Source: Octopus bimaculoides
Lineage: Eukaryota
NCBI RefSeq assembly: GCF_001194135.2
Contig: NC_068981.1
Span: forward strand, 149,635,161-149,699,160
Length of the DNA stretch: 64,000 bases
Direction of reading: 5' to 3'
The notes beneath the pieces were generated by a model, which searched no databases, was not told where the DNA came from, and saw only the letters and a list, made by a program, of their open reading frames with translations. The translations under genes and the position numbers were made by a program. This document shows, piece after piece, positions 25,556-38,415 of this stretch. Position 1 is the stretch's first letter, and each line of letters begins with the position of its first letter.

Positions 25556-27789
25556 ATCACTATATCTATAAATGACTTTTTTGCAGAGCACTGTAAATAC
25601 ATGAATCCTTACAATTGCAAGGGAACTCAGTTGGGTGACTATTATGATTTCTCCTATTAGGTTTGAAGTGTGAAAAAAAAAGGAAAAATAATAAAATAGA
25701 TTTTATATGTAGGAAGGGAGGCATAATTTGTATGGACAAACAGGATTGATTCTAATGGCCGGTTTCTGGTCGTCGATAACTGATATCTACTCATCTGATT
25801 CCCAATTTGCGTTATTCTTCTGATATGATACGTCTAATTTTCACTTGAATCCTTCATTCCTTTAATAGTGCTGGCCGGTTGTGTAAATTTAGATCATATC
25901 TACAGAAACGTGCCCCACAGAATTTATTTCCATATAAAATGGGAGAAACAGATATGCATCTCGACTTCGATTTTATGACTTAATTACAATTATGTTGAAA
26001 AAGAAATTAATTTTGAGACCCATGTGATGCATGCTATTTGTAACATACTATACGAACATGTAGGGGATGGGCAACCTTTCAGATTGTTTTGAAGAGAGAG
26101 AGAGAGCATAATATATGCAATAAATAAAATCATGATGTTTGAAATTGCAATCTCCGATGTTTTTATTAACGTTAATTTGCGAAATAATTGTAATACACGC
26201 CACCTGAATGGTATTTGTAGTAAATTTCATTTAAAATGTTTCTTGACAAAATCAAGGTTAGCGAGGTACAGTTCTGTAGATGTGCCCAATGGATGTAAAT
26301 AAATTAAAGCCAATTTTCGTATTCAGTTTTCTATTTCTTCATAGAACACCCAGTAAATATGAAAGGTTACTGGAATCAACGTAATGTGATTGATGCTTGA
26401 ATAAAACTTATTAGTTGCAGTGAGTAGTGTTGCAATGATTCGGGTAACCTAAATATTAACAGAGGTTTTAAACACTACTCCGCAGTTAATTGAAATAATG
26501 CATGAAATTGAATATGATTGAAGCGTATATTTGAAATATACAATAATCAAAAGATCCCTAAAAACTCATTTTTTAAAAAGAAATACATGAAAAACTGGGA
26601 TTTATAAACATTTTCTTGAGAGTGTAGCCCTTAATAATTTGTTCCTTTTAATAAAAGTTACTTGACCTCAACTAATTAATAAGCAGTTCTCACCATTATA
26701 GAATTAGATATTACCTCCACCACAGAACTGAATTGGCTTTGCTAGTATGGTTAAATGAAATTAAAAACTTGAATTATCTGGGGTTGACCTCTTTTTGCAC
26801 AGCTATTTGCAAAACGAATAAATATTACTTTCTCATTTTTTACCAGGTTCAGTGACAATGAATTGCCGTTGACATAAAAATGCTACGCACGAATCTGTGC
26901 ATTTTCTAAAGCGTGAATAGAGTAAGTAATGTGATCGTGCATACATTGCGAAATTAAACTAGGTTACATTCGACTGTAAAAGGTGGTACGATAGAAAAAG
27001 TGATGTGATTGTAAAAGTTGTTGAGTGAACTCTTTGAATTTCCCTATAGCATTAGTTGAGTAATTAAATTTATCTTTGAAACATTGCTAATCTAATACAA
27101 GTCATATTTTGTTCGCTCTGAGCGTAGTAGTTGCAGAATTGTGCTCCAAAAGCACAAAATAATTAATTAAGACTCTTGTTTTGACAGGGCAAGCTCAAAC
27201 CTCTTTTGCTATGGGAATTAGAAATGTAATGTCATGCCATATATATATTTCATAAGGCTATTAAACACTTAAATGAAATTAAATAGCTTAGAAATATATA
27301 GACATAAATAAACGTCAACAGATGAGAATAGGAAAATATGGGCTAATCTCTGGGCAACAGAGATCAAAGGGCTTGATGTTCTGATATAAAAATTCAAATC
27401 CCGCTAGATTTGGTATTAGGTTTTTATCTGTCTAAGATATTCATAATAAATAACAGTAATATGATCACGTTCTATTAATTGACTACAGACCTCGCTTTTA
27501 TTAATAGTTATTAAATCAGATTAAAATATATCTTTCATGCGATTCAGTAATATGCGAGCATCATTGTTACTAAATTTTACACAAAAATAAAAGAGTGAGA
27601 TATATATATACTTGAGTAATTTAGAGATAGAGCATAATTCATTAACATATTGAATGCTATTGAAGACTAATTAGATCAGATTGCTTCGGACATTCAATAT
27701 TAAAGAACACTGAATGTCGCGTAAGGAGCTTTTCTAGGACCCTATCCTGCACCAATAATCTTTACATTATTAGAACTGCTCTTATTAAT

Positions 27790-27935
27790 GTGTGTGGTAA
27801 GAATTTTCCTTCATTGGGTTCCAGGTTCAGTCTCACTGCGTGGCACCTTGAGTAAATGTTTCAACTATAGCCTCGGGCTGACCAAAGACTTGTGAGTGGA
27901 TTTGGTAGACGGAAACTGATGAAGCTCGTCATATG
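27790..27935 (+). mobile_element. SINE family B head
   Basis: TGTGTGGTAAGAA..CACTGCGTGGCACCTTG..TATAGCCTCGGGCTGACCAAAGACTTGTGAGTGGATTTGGTAGACGGAAACTG. Confidence 0.8.
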
Positions 27936-27975
27936 AATATATGTGTGAATGTATGTATATATATATATATATATA

Positions 27976-28500
27976 CGAGGTCTGATCAATAAGTATCCGG
28001 ACTGTTGCCATAATAACAAAGTTAAAGTACGCAGAGTAAAGTTGCTTGGAACAGATTGACCTGAAATTCTGTTGTGTGTGCCCACTAAGATTTGACGTTC
28101 TACCTCACTCACATCGTTTACAGCAGTGCTTGGAAAGAACACGTATAGTGTCTGATCATCGCATTGACCATGACAGAGAAATTTATCATGATGATACCTG
28201 CTCACAGGCCTATGCAAAGTTGCAGAAAATGTACGCAGAAGAGTGTATGAGCCGCACACAAGTGTAAGTGTACGAGTGGTTCAGACGTTTCCAAGATGGC
28301 AGAAAACATGTCAAATTTGACGAACGTCTTGGGAGACACGCAACCAGCAGAACTCAGAATAACATCGCAGATATACATGCAGATTTCGATCCAGGGAGTA
28401 GAGTTGTAGCGCTTTCAATCTTTCCCTGTAGCTGATGTGTTCCATTGATGCAATGTTCCTGGTATAACATTGCTGAATCGCCTCAATTTCCGCTATGTAT
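27976..28500 (+). mobile_element. mariner left end with N-terminal HTH remnant
   Basis: TA|CGAGGTCTGATCAATAAGTATCCGGAC TIR; YAEECMSRTQV / YEWFRRFQDGRKHV..DER.GR..TSRT; inserted in the SINE (TA)n tail. Confidence 0.8.
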
Positions 28501-28507
28501 CTGAAAC

Positions 28508-28539
<32 letters not shown>

Positions 28540-28705
28540 TNNNNNNNNNNNNNNNNNNNNNNNNNNNNNNNNNNNNNNNNNNNNNNNNNNNNNNNNNNNN
28601 NNNNNNNNNNNNNNNNNNNNNNNNNNNNNNNNNNNNNNNNNNNNNNNNNNNNNNNNNNNNNNNNNNNNNNNNNNNNNNNNNNNNNNNNNNNNNNNNNNNN
28701 NNNNN

Positions 28706-28765
<60 letters not shown>

Positions 28766-31116
28766 AATATATATATATATATTATATGTACATGCATATG
28801 TATGCATATATACATATACATATATATATGTATGTGTGTGTGTAAATATATATATGTTTGTATTTGTGTGTGTGTGGGGGTGTATTGAAACTCTAAACGA
28901 TTATTTTTATCAATCGAAATATAATTATATCACAACCGCCTGATAGATATGTCTATACATACATACGTACTTACGCACATATATTTTATGTATAATTATC
29001 TTATGCATACCCTCATGCATACATGCATCTATTCTTCCACCCAAGTACCAAATCAACAACCCACCTATACATACATACATACATACATACATACATACAT
29101 ACCTAAATACACGCATACATACATATGTGCATACGTGCATATTTATATACATGCATGTTGCATACTTACATGCATGCTGCATACTCACATTCATGCATAC
29201 ATATATGCATGCTTGAATTGAAACTACTGCAGAAAGCTGGAGTATTTTTTTAAGAAAAAAATGCTATCTGCTCAATCATTTCGTTCCAAATTCAGTCAAT
29301 TAGTGTCGTCTTTAGAAAATTGCTACTTCATTGCTTGAACCTGAACGTCAACTCCAAGTTGAATAGTGTCTGAATTAGTCATTGATGATAAAGAAAATAA
29401 TATAATAAAATAAACCAGATTAAAATAAACATAAAATGATATATATGTATATATGAAATGAATTTGAATTCATCGTAAAACTTCTAATGCCAATTATCAT
29501 TAGAAGAAGTTAAGCAGCACTACATGTGAGTGGAAAAGATAGTATTAATCCTTGCTTATGTTTAATTTATTGATTCTAGAAGAACCTACTTGAACTGGGT
29601 TCGTCTTATGTTATATGATGCTAAACATTCGATTTGACGAATTATTTCTGATCAATGGATTATGGATTCATAACGGAAAGACAGCGAGACTAATTTGTAA
29701 GTCTCACAGACATAAGCACGGAGTAACACTCACATATACATAAACGCTTCATACACACATACACATTCGTAAGTGCGTACATGTGTATATACATACATAT
29801 ATAGATGTATGTTTACACACACACACACACACACACACATACACACACACGCACACACACTTGTATATATAAGACAGAAAACAAATGAAGAAAATCAATG
29901 CAATATAGTAATGTTATGATTTTTATCAACTCTTGTGTACTGAGACATAAAGTTCAACTTTGCTGGAATTTTGGAATTCGAAATTGGAAGGTAAATGTAC
30001 GGTGCTTTCAGAGTATTTAGCTGGGTACCGTCAAGTTGCTACTCTCAGTTCTCAAAATTCTTTTTTTAGAACGGAAAATGCTGATATTCTTCATGCAAAA
30101 GAATGAAATTTTATGAATTATGTATTGTCTGCGCTTTTACAACGGGCGCTTTTGTAAAAGCAGTTCGTCAAAAGTGAGACAATTACTAGATAAAAATATG
30201 ACAACAGACTTCTTGTGTTGTTTATGTTCTGAAAGAGTATTCATTTAAATACTCTGTAAACTACGGCTCAACGACGTGCTTCTATATGCGATGTCGCATT
30301 CCAATATTTTTCGTTTCCCTTAGTAAACAATAAAAATCGGCATAAAAAATTGAGAAAATGTTCGTTTTGCTAGTAAGTAGTCTCATATGATTTAATGTTT
30401 CATTAAGATAGACAAAAACCTCTCTGAAATGTTTTTACCTCATAAAAAACACGAAGAATTTCCCAAACTGCGAAAGTTTTCACACCAGAAGAGACATTAA
30501 TAATGATTTTGTTACTGTACAGTTTGCAATAATGATCAATTGTGAGAAAGACGGGAGTAACAAAGATATATAATTGTCTGCTGGGGAAAGCAAGTAGATT
30601 GGCTGGTGTCACATATAATGGAGAATTGTGAAGTCACAGCCACATAATTCATCCATCCTAAAACATTTTTCACCAGCAAACTGCATGCCAACTAATTCAT
30701 TTGCATAATGATTTTTTCGTCTTTTTCGGTGTATCAAGTGAATTTTATTTTCGTTGGTATTATAAGGGACAAACAGTGTTATCTTAGTTATAGGAATTAA
30801 ATCTCAAAGTGCTCAACACCCAAGAGTTCGAGAATCTGCCACTTCTTGCACTATGACGCCTTTATCAATAGTACCCATATATATAAATATATAAATATAT
30901 ATAAGGTGCTGCGAAAGAAAAACCGAAAATTAACTTGAAATGACTCATCATTAAATAAGACTAAAGATTAGAAGATAAAATATTATGGAATGCAGGAAGT
31001 ATTGTGCATTATATGCTTTGGGGTATTGCAGTGTTACAGATATATAATGCATGTAAGATTGGTCAAACAAATCTTGCCCCAATATTCTTACAGAGCAAGA
31101 AAACAAGGCATGAGAA

Positions 31117-31322
31117 ATATTGGTTTCAAATTTTGGCAGAACGTCAGCAATTTCAGAGGAAGGGGTAAGTCGATTACACCGACTCTAGTGCTTAACTTGT
31201 AGCTATTTTCTCGATCTCGAAAGGATGAAATCAGTGAGATTTGAAATCAGGACGCAATAAATAACAAAATGCTGCTAAGCATATCGCCCGGCGTGCTGAC
31301 GATTCTGCTGGTTCGCTGCCTT
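31117..31322 (-). mobile_element. tRNA-derived SINE family A (tail type ii)
   Basis: Family A core and head; tail GGTTTCAAATTTTGGC. Confidence 0.8.
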
Positions 31323-31349
31323 AGTCATGAGAAATATTAAAGCTTGAAA

Positions 31350-32750
31350 CAGAATATTTTATTACAAGAGAGAAATGTAAACAAGCATAAATTTTCATAC
31401 TGAAGCTGAGAACGAAGATAGTTTGGCAGTAGCTTCTTTATTCATTTACAAAGAAAACCAGTAATTGATGGTGAATTAATTAAATCTTCCGGGATAGACC
31501 TAATTAAAGAAATGTAGCAATATCTAAAGAAATATAAGAAAATTATACTAATTTTAAATATTAATCTTTCTTATTTTAAACAATATTTATTAGATGGTTT
31601 GATGGTGCAAATCTCATCCTGTGCACCATCCTGTGCAATCGACCAATTAAGTTGATTTCAATGGTTTGGTCTGGCTCTTTTTGAATCAGCAGATGTGTCT
31701 GACAATTTAATGCTGCTATTGTTCTTTGATGAAATCACTGCTAAGCTGAAAGTGAGTGTGGAAAATGGCTTAAATGGACAACATGCATAGAAAAGCTATT
31801 GGTGAAAACAAGTTGAAAGGAATGGAGCAAACCTTACTAATCTGGTTTGGAAACAACTGGAACAAGCATCACTGGATAAGTCTACAAAGGTTCTTGTAGC
31901 ATAGGAGGCACGAAATCTATAAAATTATACTGTGCCATTCACCACCAAGAACGTTGCGGAAAAATTTCGATGTGACGTGTGATAAAACCAGTTGTTTAAG
32001 AGTGAATTTTATTTAAATGCATCTCCTTAATCACTGCCTATTCGAAACAGTTTGGGAGGATAATAACTGAAAATAGAGATTCTATAAGATGGCTAAGTTG
32101 CAGCTGTTATCTTGCGGTGTATTTTAACTCCGGGCACAGAACGACATTTTTTAAAGTGAGAAATCTCGTGTCCAACTTCTAAATGTAGACTTACGCATCT
32201 TAACAAGTTCAAACTTAAATTAGGAGACATAAGTTAGGGGATATATGACGTATTCTTTGGGAAAGATTTTTGACAGATACTTAACATTTTCTCACCACCA
32301 TCTAAGGATAATTATCTTCAGCTACTTTTGCTACAGCCATAAAGCAGTAAATACGCACACTCTTTTCAAATTTGCTCAAGATCTTCTCCTTAGTCTAAAG
32401 CTAAAATATTAACAGCATTTTTCAAAGCATTACCAAATTTCGAAATTTACATGACTACATTATCGAAGATCTTCTATCAGATATTGAGTTGGAATATACT
32501 AATCTTCAGACAAATTATGTACCTAAAACGGTAAAAGTGAAAATTTGTTTGACTTTCACAAGTCATGAAAGACGAGATGCTTCTATAAAATTGTTTGCTC
32601 AGGGATAGATTTCAGAACAGGGTGCTACCTTTTAATCTTAAAATATATAAAATTTGATTAAAAAAATTTCAGACTTTGTCCCTCTCCTAGAACAAGAATT
32701 TCATACTTTTTATTGATTGATATTGTCTGAAAGTTTCTGAAAATATAGGT
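31350..32750 (+). mobile_element. highly degraded hAT (GTF2IRD2/SPIN-like) transposase remnant
   Basis: Weak motifs such as KP..DGELIKS; many stops and frameshifts. Confidence 0.3.
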
Positions 32751-33249
32751 ACTCCTTTGAAAAAGAACCTTAACGTAACTTTAACTAAGACTCTTTCTGT
32801 AGCTATGTATCATCATGAAATTTTAATTCGCATTGGCATGCAAAACATAAATGTTCCAATCTGGCCTATCTGCAGAAAATTTGACGTCTCCTCTTCTATG
32901 TGGCCTCACGAACCTCTACAAATAGTAAACCAACTTTACTGCAAAAGACACTCTATATGCTCTTCACAAAACGACATATTGGACTCTAGAAAAATAAGCT
33001 TGAATCGTGACGGAAATGTACAAGTATTTTCTGGCGTTAAGCTATAAGACAATAGTTTTGAAGCTTCTAATTTTATTAGACTGTGTTAAAATACTTCATT
33101 TAGTTTGTGTTGATATATTTAATTCAGGAAGGATTAACAATCTAAGTAGAGAAACTATGCTGAAAAACAGAATATTAAGCTTGTGTTGATATTGTTTTGA
33201 AGAAATGCAGAACAATATTGAACAGGCTTTTATACTATGAGAACTCGTA

Positions 33250-34540
33250 AAGCATAAATTCCGCTGAGCTTTATGAATTTGTGAGGACATTATCACAAAA
33301 CAGATGTACTAAATTGTACAGCTGCTGGCGAAGTATAGTTTTCTAACATTTCTTGCATTTATTATATTAACACTGACTTGACTATCGTAATTTATTCTGA
33401 GAACATCTGAAGTTTTCACACACGTTTGCGTTGAATATAACAGTGGAGTGTACTGGTCTGAATATTAACTTTGGAGGTGAAATGTTTGAATTGGAAATCT
33501 TCACAGTTGACGTTTTTGGTATTTTTTAGGAATTGTGTGGTGTGTAATCAGCACAAGTTGGTCTAACAAGCGTTAGAATTCTTAAGTATATCTTCTTCCA
33601 GATTCGAAATTATGGTAGTTTCGCAGTTTTGCTATCAGTAGAAGAAAATGTCAGTCAATGTAATAATCCCTTCAAGTACTAGTTGCTTTAAGTGTATGTT
33701 TATATTTTTCTAGGTTATTGGGTCTTTTATGTCATTTCTAATCGAATCTGAAAAGGAAAAATGTTGAGGTTTTATTATTGATGGATGGTGTTTATGAACT
33801 TCTTATGATTTTGTTATGTTTATGAGACATTAAATAAGAGAGTTCATCTGCTTTTTGAGTTCATCCTTTATTGCCACTTCAGGTGTAGTGTAAGAGCTTT
33901 GTTGATAAGGCTGATGATTACCTATAGCATTATATTGTTTGCACAGAGTTGTATGTTGGATTAAAATATTTACTTGTGTCCAGCTATAATAACGTACATT
34001 TCATTGTTTCTTGTTATTTGTTTGTTACCCGAGGCAGCATGTGTGATGCTCTTTTGTGGTAGATTTTTTCTTCATCTACAGGTTATCCTTAATCTTTAAT
34101 CTAGTACTCATGTCCCTATCATCATTTATTCAGACTTAGTGTTCGATAACATCAGTTGAATTAACATTTTAATTCTTCGGAAGTGATTGTAAAGGTAGGT
34201 CATCTTTTATTCATCCTCATCATAACACTATCTAGATGCCCACTTATATGTTGTGTGTTTTTCTGTGGTATATATTAAAGAGAAAGTTTGAATGCTGGAG
34301 CTGGTTACGCGTTATTTGAAGCTAGATACACTGATGACTTTTATCCTTCTATCGTTCTGTTTTATGTTGGAATATGGCCTCAGTACTTCTATTACTATCA
34401 GTGTTTGTCCACTTTTTGCCAGTTGTGTCTTTTCAACGTTGGACCTATATTAAACGTTCCTTACACGCGTGCATGTCTTTCAGATACATTGTAGCCAGGA
34501 TAACATTGTTGTCGTGTCACTGCCATTTAAAGACAGAAAG
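33250..34540 (-). mobile_element. highly degraded PLE-like remnant
   Basis: Weak thumb-like (IISLINKAL) and CKKC GIY-YIG-like motifs on the minus strand. Confidence 0.3.
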
Positions 34541-34610
34541 ATGGATTTCAAATATATTTGACTAGTAATATTTACAGGTACATGCATCACTGGTTCCTTC
34601 TCTCTCTCTC

Positions 34611-34653
<43 letters not shown>

Positions 34654-35096
34654 NNNNNNNNNNNNNNNNNNNNNNNNNNNNNNNNNNNNNNNNNNNNNNN
34701 NNNNNNNNNNNNNNNNNNNNNNNNNNNNNNNNNNNNNNNNNNNNNNNNNNNNNNNNNNNNNNNNNNNNNNNNNNNNNNNNNNNNNNNNNNNNNNNNNNNN
34801 NNNNNNNNNNNNNNNNNNNNNNNNNNNNNNNNNNNNNATATAATATATGATTAATAAATTCAAAAAGGGATAAAACTCATTTACAAGAATTTTATCAAGA
34901 AGCCAGTGTGTAAAAAAATTCATAAGGGAAATTTCTATTCCCAAGAATATAATTATTCGTTTATATTTATATAATGGGCATTACTACAGAAAAATAATAA
35001 TGCCACACACTGGACTTCTCAAAATAACCACATTTAGTACCGAATGCGAGGAAAAACAACCAACAGAAGACGACCAACTTTCTTTTAAATAACTCA

Positions 35097-35158
35097 ACTA
35101 TGTATCGACTGATTTCGCGATTACTAGAATGAATCTAGATTTCGCTCATCAGCATAGT
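35097..35158 (-). ncRNA. type I hammerhead ribozyme
   Basis: ACTATG-CTGATGA-GCGA(aat CTAGA ttcat TCTAG taa)TCGC-GAAA-TC-AGTC-GA-TA-CATAGT; 6-bp stem I, AUA triplet, intact core. Confidence 0.85.
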
Positions 35159-35587
35159 ATTGTTCCAAAAATATATATAAATAAAAAGAATTCTCACCTC
35201 ACCAAACACGAACACACTACGTATCCGACAGAGTAAAGGAAATGATGTTTATCAGTATACATCTTCATCAAAGAAGCGGGAATACTTCCGGGTTGCTTTT
35301 GGGTACACGTGTGGCGACAGGAATAAAAATTCAGCATTGAATATATTCCGTGTATATATTTGATTAATAAATTCAAAAAGGGATAAAACTGTTTTACAAG
35401 AATTTTATCAAGAAGCCGGTGTGTAAAAAATATCATAAGGGACATTTCTATTCCCCGGAAGTATTCCCGCTTCTTTGATGAAGATGTATACAGATAAACT
35501 TCATTCCCTTTACTCTGTCGGATACGTAGTGTGTTCGTTTTTGGTGAGGTGAGAATTCTGTTTATTTATATATATTTTTGGAACAAT

Positions 35588-35649
35588 ACTATGCTGATGA
35601 GCGAAATCTAGATTCATTCTAGTAATCGCGAAATCGGTCGATACATGGT
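35588..35649 (+). ncRNA. type I hammerhead ribozyme
   Basis: ACTATG-CTGATGA(35594-35600)-GCGA..TCGC-GAAA(35630-33)-TC-GGTC-GA-TA-CATGGT; stem I keeps pairing via G.U; predicted cleavage after 35643. Confidence 0.85.
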
Positions 35650-35830
35650 TGAGTTATTTAAAAGAAAGTTGGTCGTCTTCTGTTGGTTGTTTTTCCTCGC
35701 ATTCGGTACTAAATGTGGTTATTTTGAGAAGTTCAGTGTGTGACATTATTATTTTTCTGTAGTAATGCCCATTATATAAATATAAACGAATATATATATA
35801 ATATATATATAATAAATATATATAAATACA

Positions 35831-36260
35831 CATTATGTACAGGACATTATCAACGAGTGAAAAATACGTAAACACACGAGAGAAAAGTACAAGATAAAAT
35901 ACCAAAAGAAGATAATTCGCTCATCAGTTGTCGGCTGTTTATTACTAACCAATTCGTGCTTTTAACGACAAGATAAGAATATTTCATAACACAGTACCAT
36001 CCAAACATTCTTAAAGTATCAAATTCGTGGTACGCCAACTTTATTGTTCGAAGCCCTAACTCTCCAAAAATTTAATACTTTTAAAGTTACTGGATGCTGC
36101 TGTCTAATGAAGTATTCCTATCTTGTCGCTAAAAGCACGAAATGGGTAGTAATAAACCGTCGACAACTGATGAGCGAATTATCTTCTTTTGGAATTTTGT
36201 CCTGTACTTTTCTCTCGTGTGTCTACGCATTTTTCACTCGTTGATGTCCAGTACTTAATG
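35831..36260. repeat. second, more diverged inverted repeat (~170-200 bp arms)
   Basis: 35831-36002 vs 36091-36260, extending inward to ~36025/36069; contains CTGATGAGCGAATT at ~36168 and its complement at ~35915. Confidence 0.85.
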
Positions 36261-37123
36261 CGTATTTTTTTTATTTATTGATAATTGAACGCCACACAGC
36301 CTTGTAGAAGAAAGTTCTTATATATATATATATATNNNNNNNNNNNNNNNNNNNNNNNNNNNNNNNNNNNNNNNNNNNNNNNNNNNNNNNNNNNNNNNNN
36401 NNNNNNNNNNNNNNNNNNNNNNNNNNNNNNNNNNNNNNNNNNNNNNNNNNNNNNNNNNNNNNNNNNNNNNNNNNNNNNNNNNNNNNNNNNNNNNNNNNNN
36501 NNNNNNNNNNNNNNNNNNNNNNNNNNNNNNNNNNNNNNNNNNNNNNNNNNNNNNNNNNNNNNNNNNNNNNNNNNNNNNNNNNNNNNNNNNNNNNNNNNNN
36601 NNNNNNNNNNNNNNNNNNNNNNNNNNNNNNNNNNNNNNNNNNNNNNNNNNNNNNNNNNNNNNNNNNNNNNNNNNNNNNNNNNNNNNNNNNNNNNNNNNNN
36701 NNNNNNNNNNNNNNNNNNNNNNNNNNNNNNNNNNNNNNNNNNNNNNNNNNNNNNNNNNNNNNNNNNNNNNNNNNNNNNNNNNNNNNNNNNNNNNNNNNNN
36801 NNNNNNNNNNNNNNNNNNNNNNNNNNNNNNNNNNNNNNNNNNNNNNNNNNNNNNNNNNNNNNNNNNNNNNNNNNNNNNNNNNNNNNNNNNNNNNNNNNNN
36901 NNNNNNNNNNNNNNNNNNNNNNNNNNNNNNNNNNNNNNNNNNNNNNNNNNNNNNNNNNNNNNNNNNNNNNNNNNNNNNNNNNNNNNNNNNNNNNNNNNNN
37001 NNNNNNNNNNNNNNNNNNNNNNNNNNNNNNNNNNNNNNNNNNNNNNNNNNNNNNNNNNNNNNNNNNNNNNNNNNNNNNNNNNNNNNNNNNNNNNNNNNTA
37101 TATATATATATATATATATATAT

Positions 37124-38415
37124 TGTCTTGGCATCGCTTCGTTGACGAAGATTAGAAAGGCTGTTGTCCACGTCGTCAGCACGCTCGTTTGTGGCTGAAA
37201 AGGCCGATATGGGATCGACATATCCGATTGCAGTGATGACAGAAGTACGGTTGTTCAGGGTCTAATGATGCAGCTGAATTATGTTTTCGCCTCTGATATT
37301 TGTCTTCAAGAACGGCTCTGCGTTTTATCTCAAAGGAGGAAACAACATCGCTCATGGTATGGCACCAAGCAACGCAATCAGCTACTATAGTGGACAACTC
37401 ACGATAATCAATGTCATAAACGCTAAGGAACTGCTTCAGGCAGTCCTTGTAACGCTTCCTTGGCGCTCTCCTCTTGCGGTGGTCTGTGGTGAGCTCACCG
37501 TACATGATCTTGGGTAGGCGGTGGTCTTTGATCATGTTAACGTGCCATGCCCAATGCAGTTGTGTCTCAAGTAAAATGGCTTCCAGGCTAGTGACATTTG
37601 TTCGCTCGAGGAGGACCTTAGTGTTGGTAATGTAATCGTTCCAGTAAATGTTGAGGATAGTACGGAGGCACAGTTGGTGAAAACTTCAAGGAGCCGCAGA
37701 TGATAATAGTAGGGGATCCAGAACTCAGAGCCGTATAGAAGCGTCATGAGAACGACGGCCTTGTAGACGCTGACTTTTGTGCTGATCTTAAGATGCTTGT
37801 TGCTCCACACACGCTTGTACATTCTGCCAAATGCTTTGTTTGCCTTTGCGAGTCCGTTGTCAATTTCTTTGTTGATACTTGCATCTGATGAGATAGTACA
37901 TCCAAGATAACCGAACTGCTGTACCGACCTCAGTTCTGTTTCGGCTATGGAGATGTGGGGCGGGCTGTAATGGTGTAGGAATTTAGTCTTTTTCAAGCTT
38001 ACTTCTAGCCCGAAGAGTTGGGTAGCCTCTGCAAAGCAGGATGTGACGCACTGCAGGGCTCTTTCGGTGTGTGCAACAAGTACGGCATCATCTGTAAAGA
38101 ATCAGTTGCTCTTGGATCTTGATGTGAGCCTGTAGGTTGATGTGAGGCTGGAGGTTGAAAAGACTGCCGTTCAGACGGTACGTGATGTAATCGCCGTCTT
38201 CAGCGCCGAGGTCTGCAGTCGCCTGCTTCAGCATCATGCTGAAGAAAGACAATGTGGTTTCAGAGCCAATAGAGGCACAACAGATATGGTTTTTGTTCTC
38301 AAGCAGGTCCAAGAGAATTGCCGGGTGCAAAGGAAACCACTTTATGTAGCATTAGTCATTCTGATGAAAGCTTTCGACACTGTGAGCAGGAAAAGTCTGT
38401 GGCAGATCCTAACCA
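37124..38415 (-). mobile_element. RTE (BovB-like) LINE with 5' inversion
   Basis: Minus 37124-38245: YRLNGSLFNL, DDAVLVAH, KVSVYKAVVLMTLLYGSE, RLPKIMYGEL, C2H2 CHHCNRICRSHIGLFSH. Plus 38246-38415: QCGFRANRGTTDMVF..KAFDTVSR. Confidence 0.9.

Larger units (their letters stand above)
34838..35792. mobile_element. PLE-derived tandem/inverted pLTR complex: 339-bp inverted repeat plus ~100-bp direct repeat
   Basis: Arm1 34954-35292 and arm2 35454-35792 (about 9 substitutions by eye); direct repeat ~34846-34943 / ~35358-35456 encodes minus-strand RLLDKILVKQFYPFLN, resembling the GIY-YIG C-terminal R..E..I...P.LN motif. Confidence 0.8.

Noticed and set aside
26848-26922. Strong acceptor and GTAAGT donor around 75 nt
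   Set aside because: Stops in all three frames; could be non-coding but cannot be supported without RNA data.
36115-36185. Permuted hammerhead using ATC-TTGTCG / GAAATGGG / CGACAA-CTGATGA
   Set aside because: Strand order is not a canonical HHR topology, stem II is weak, and the mirror arm lacks GAAA.
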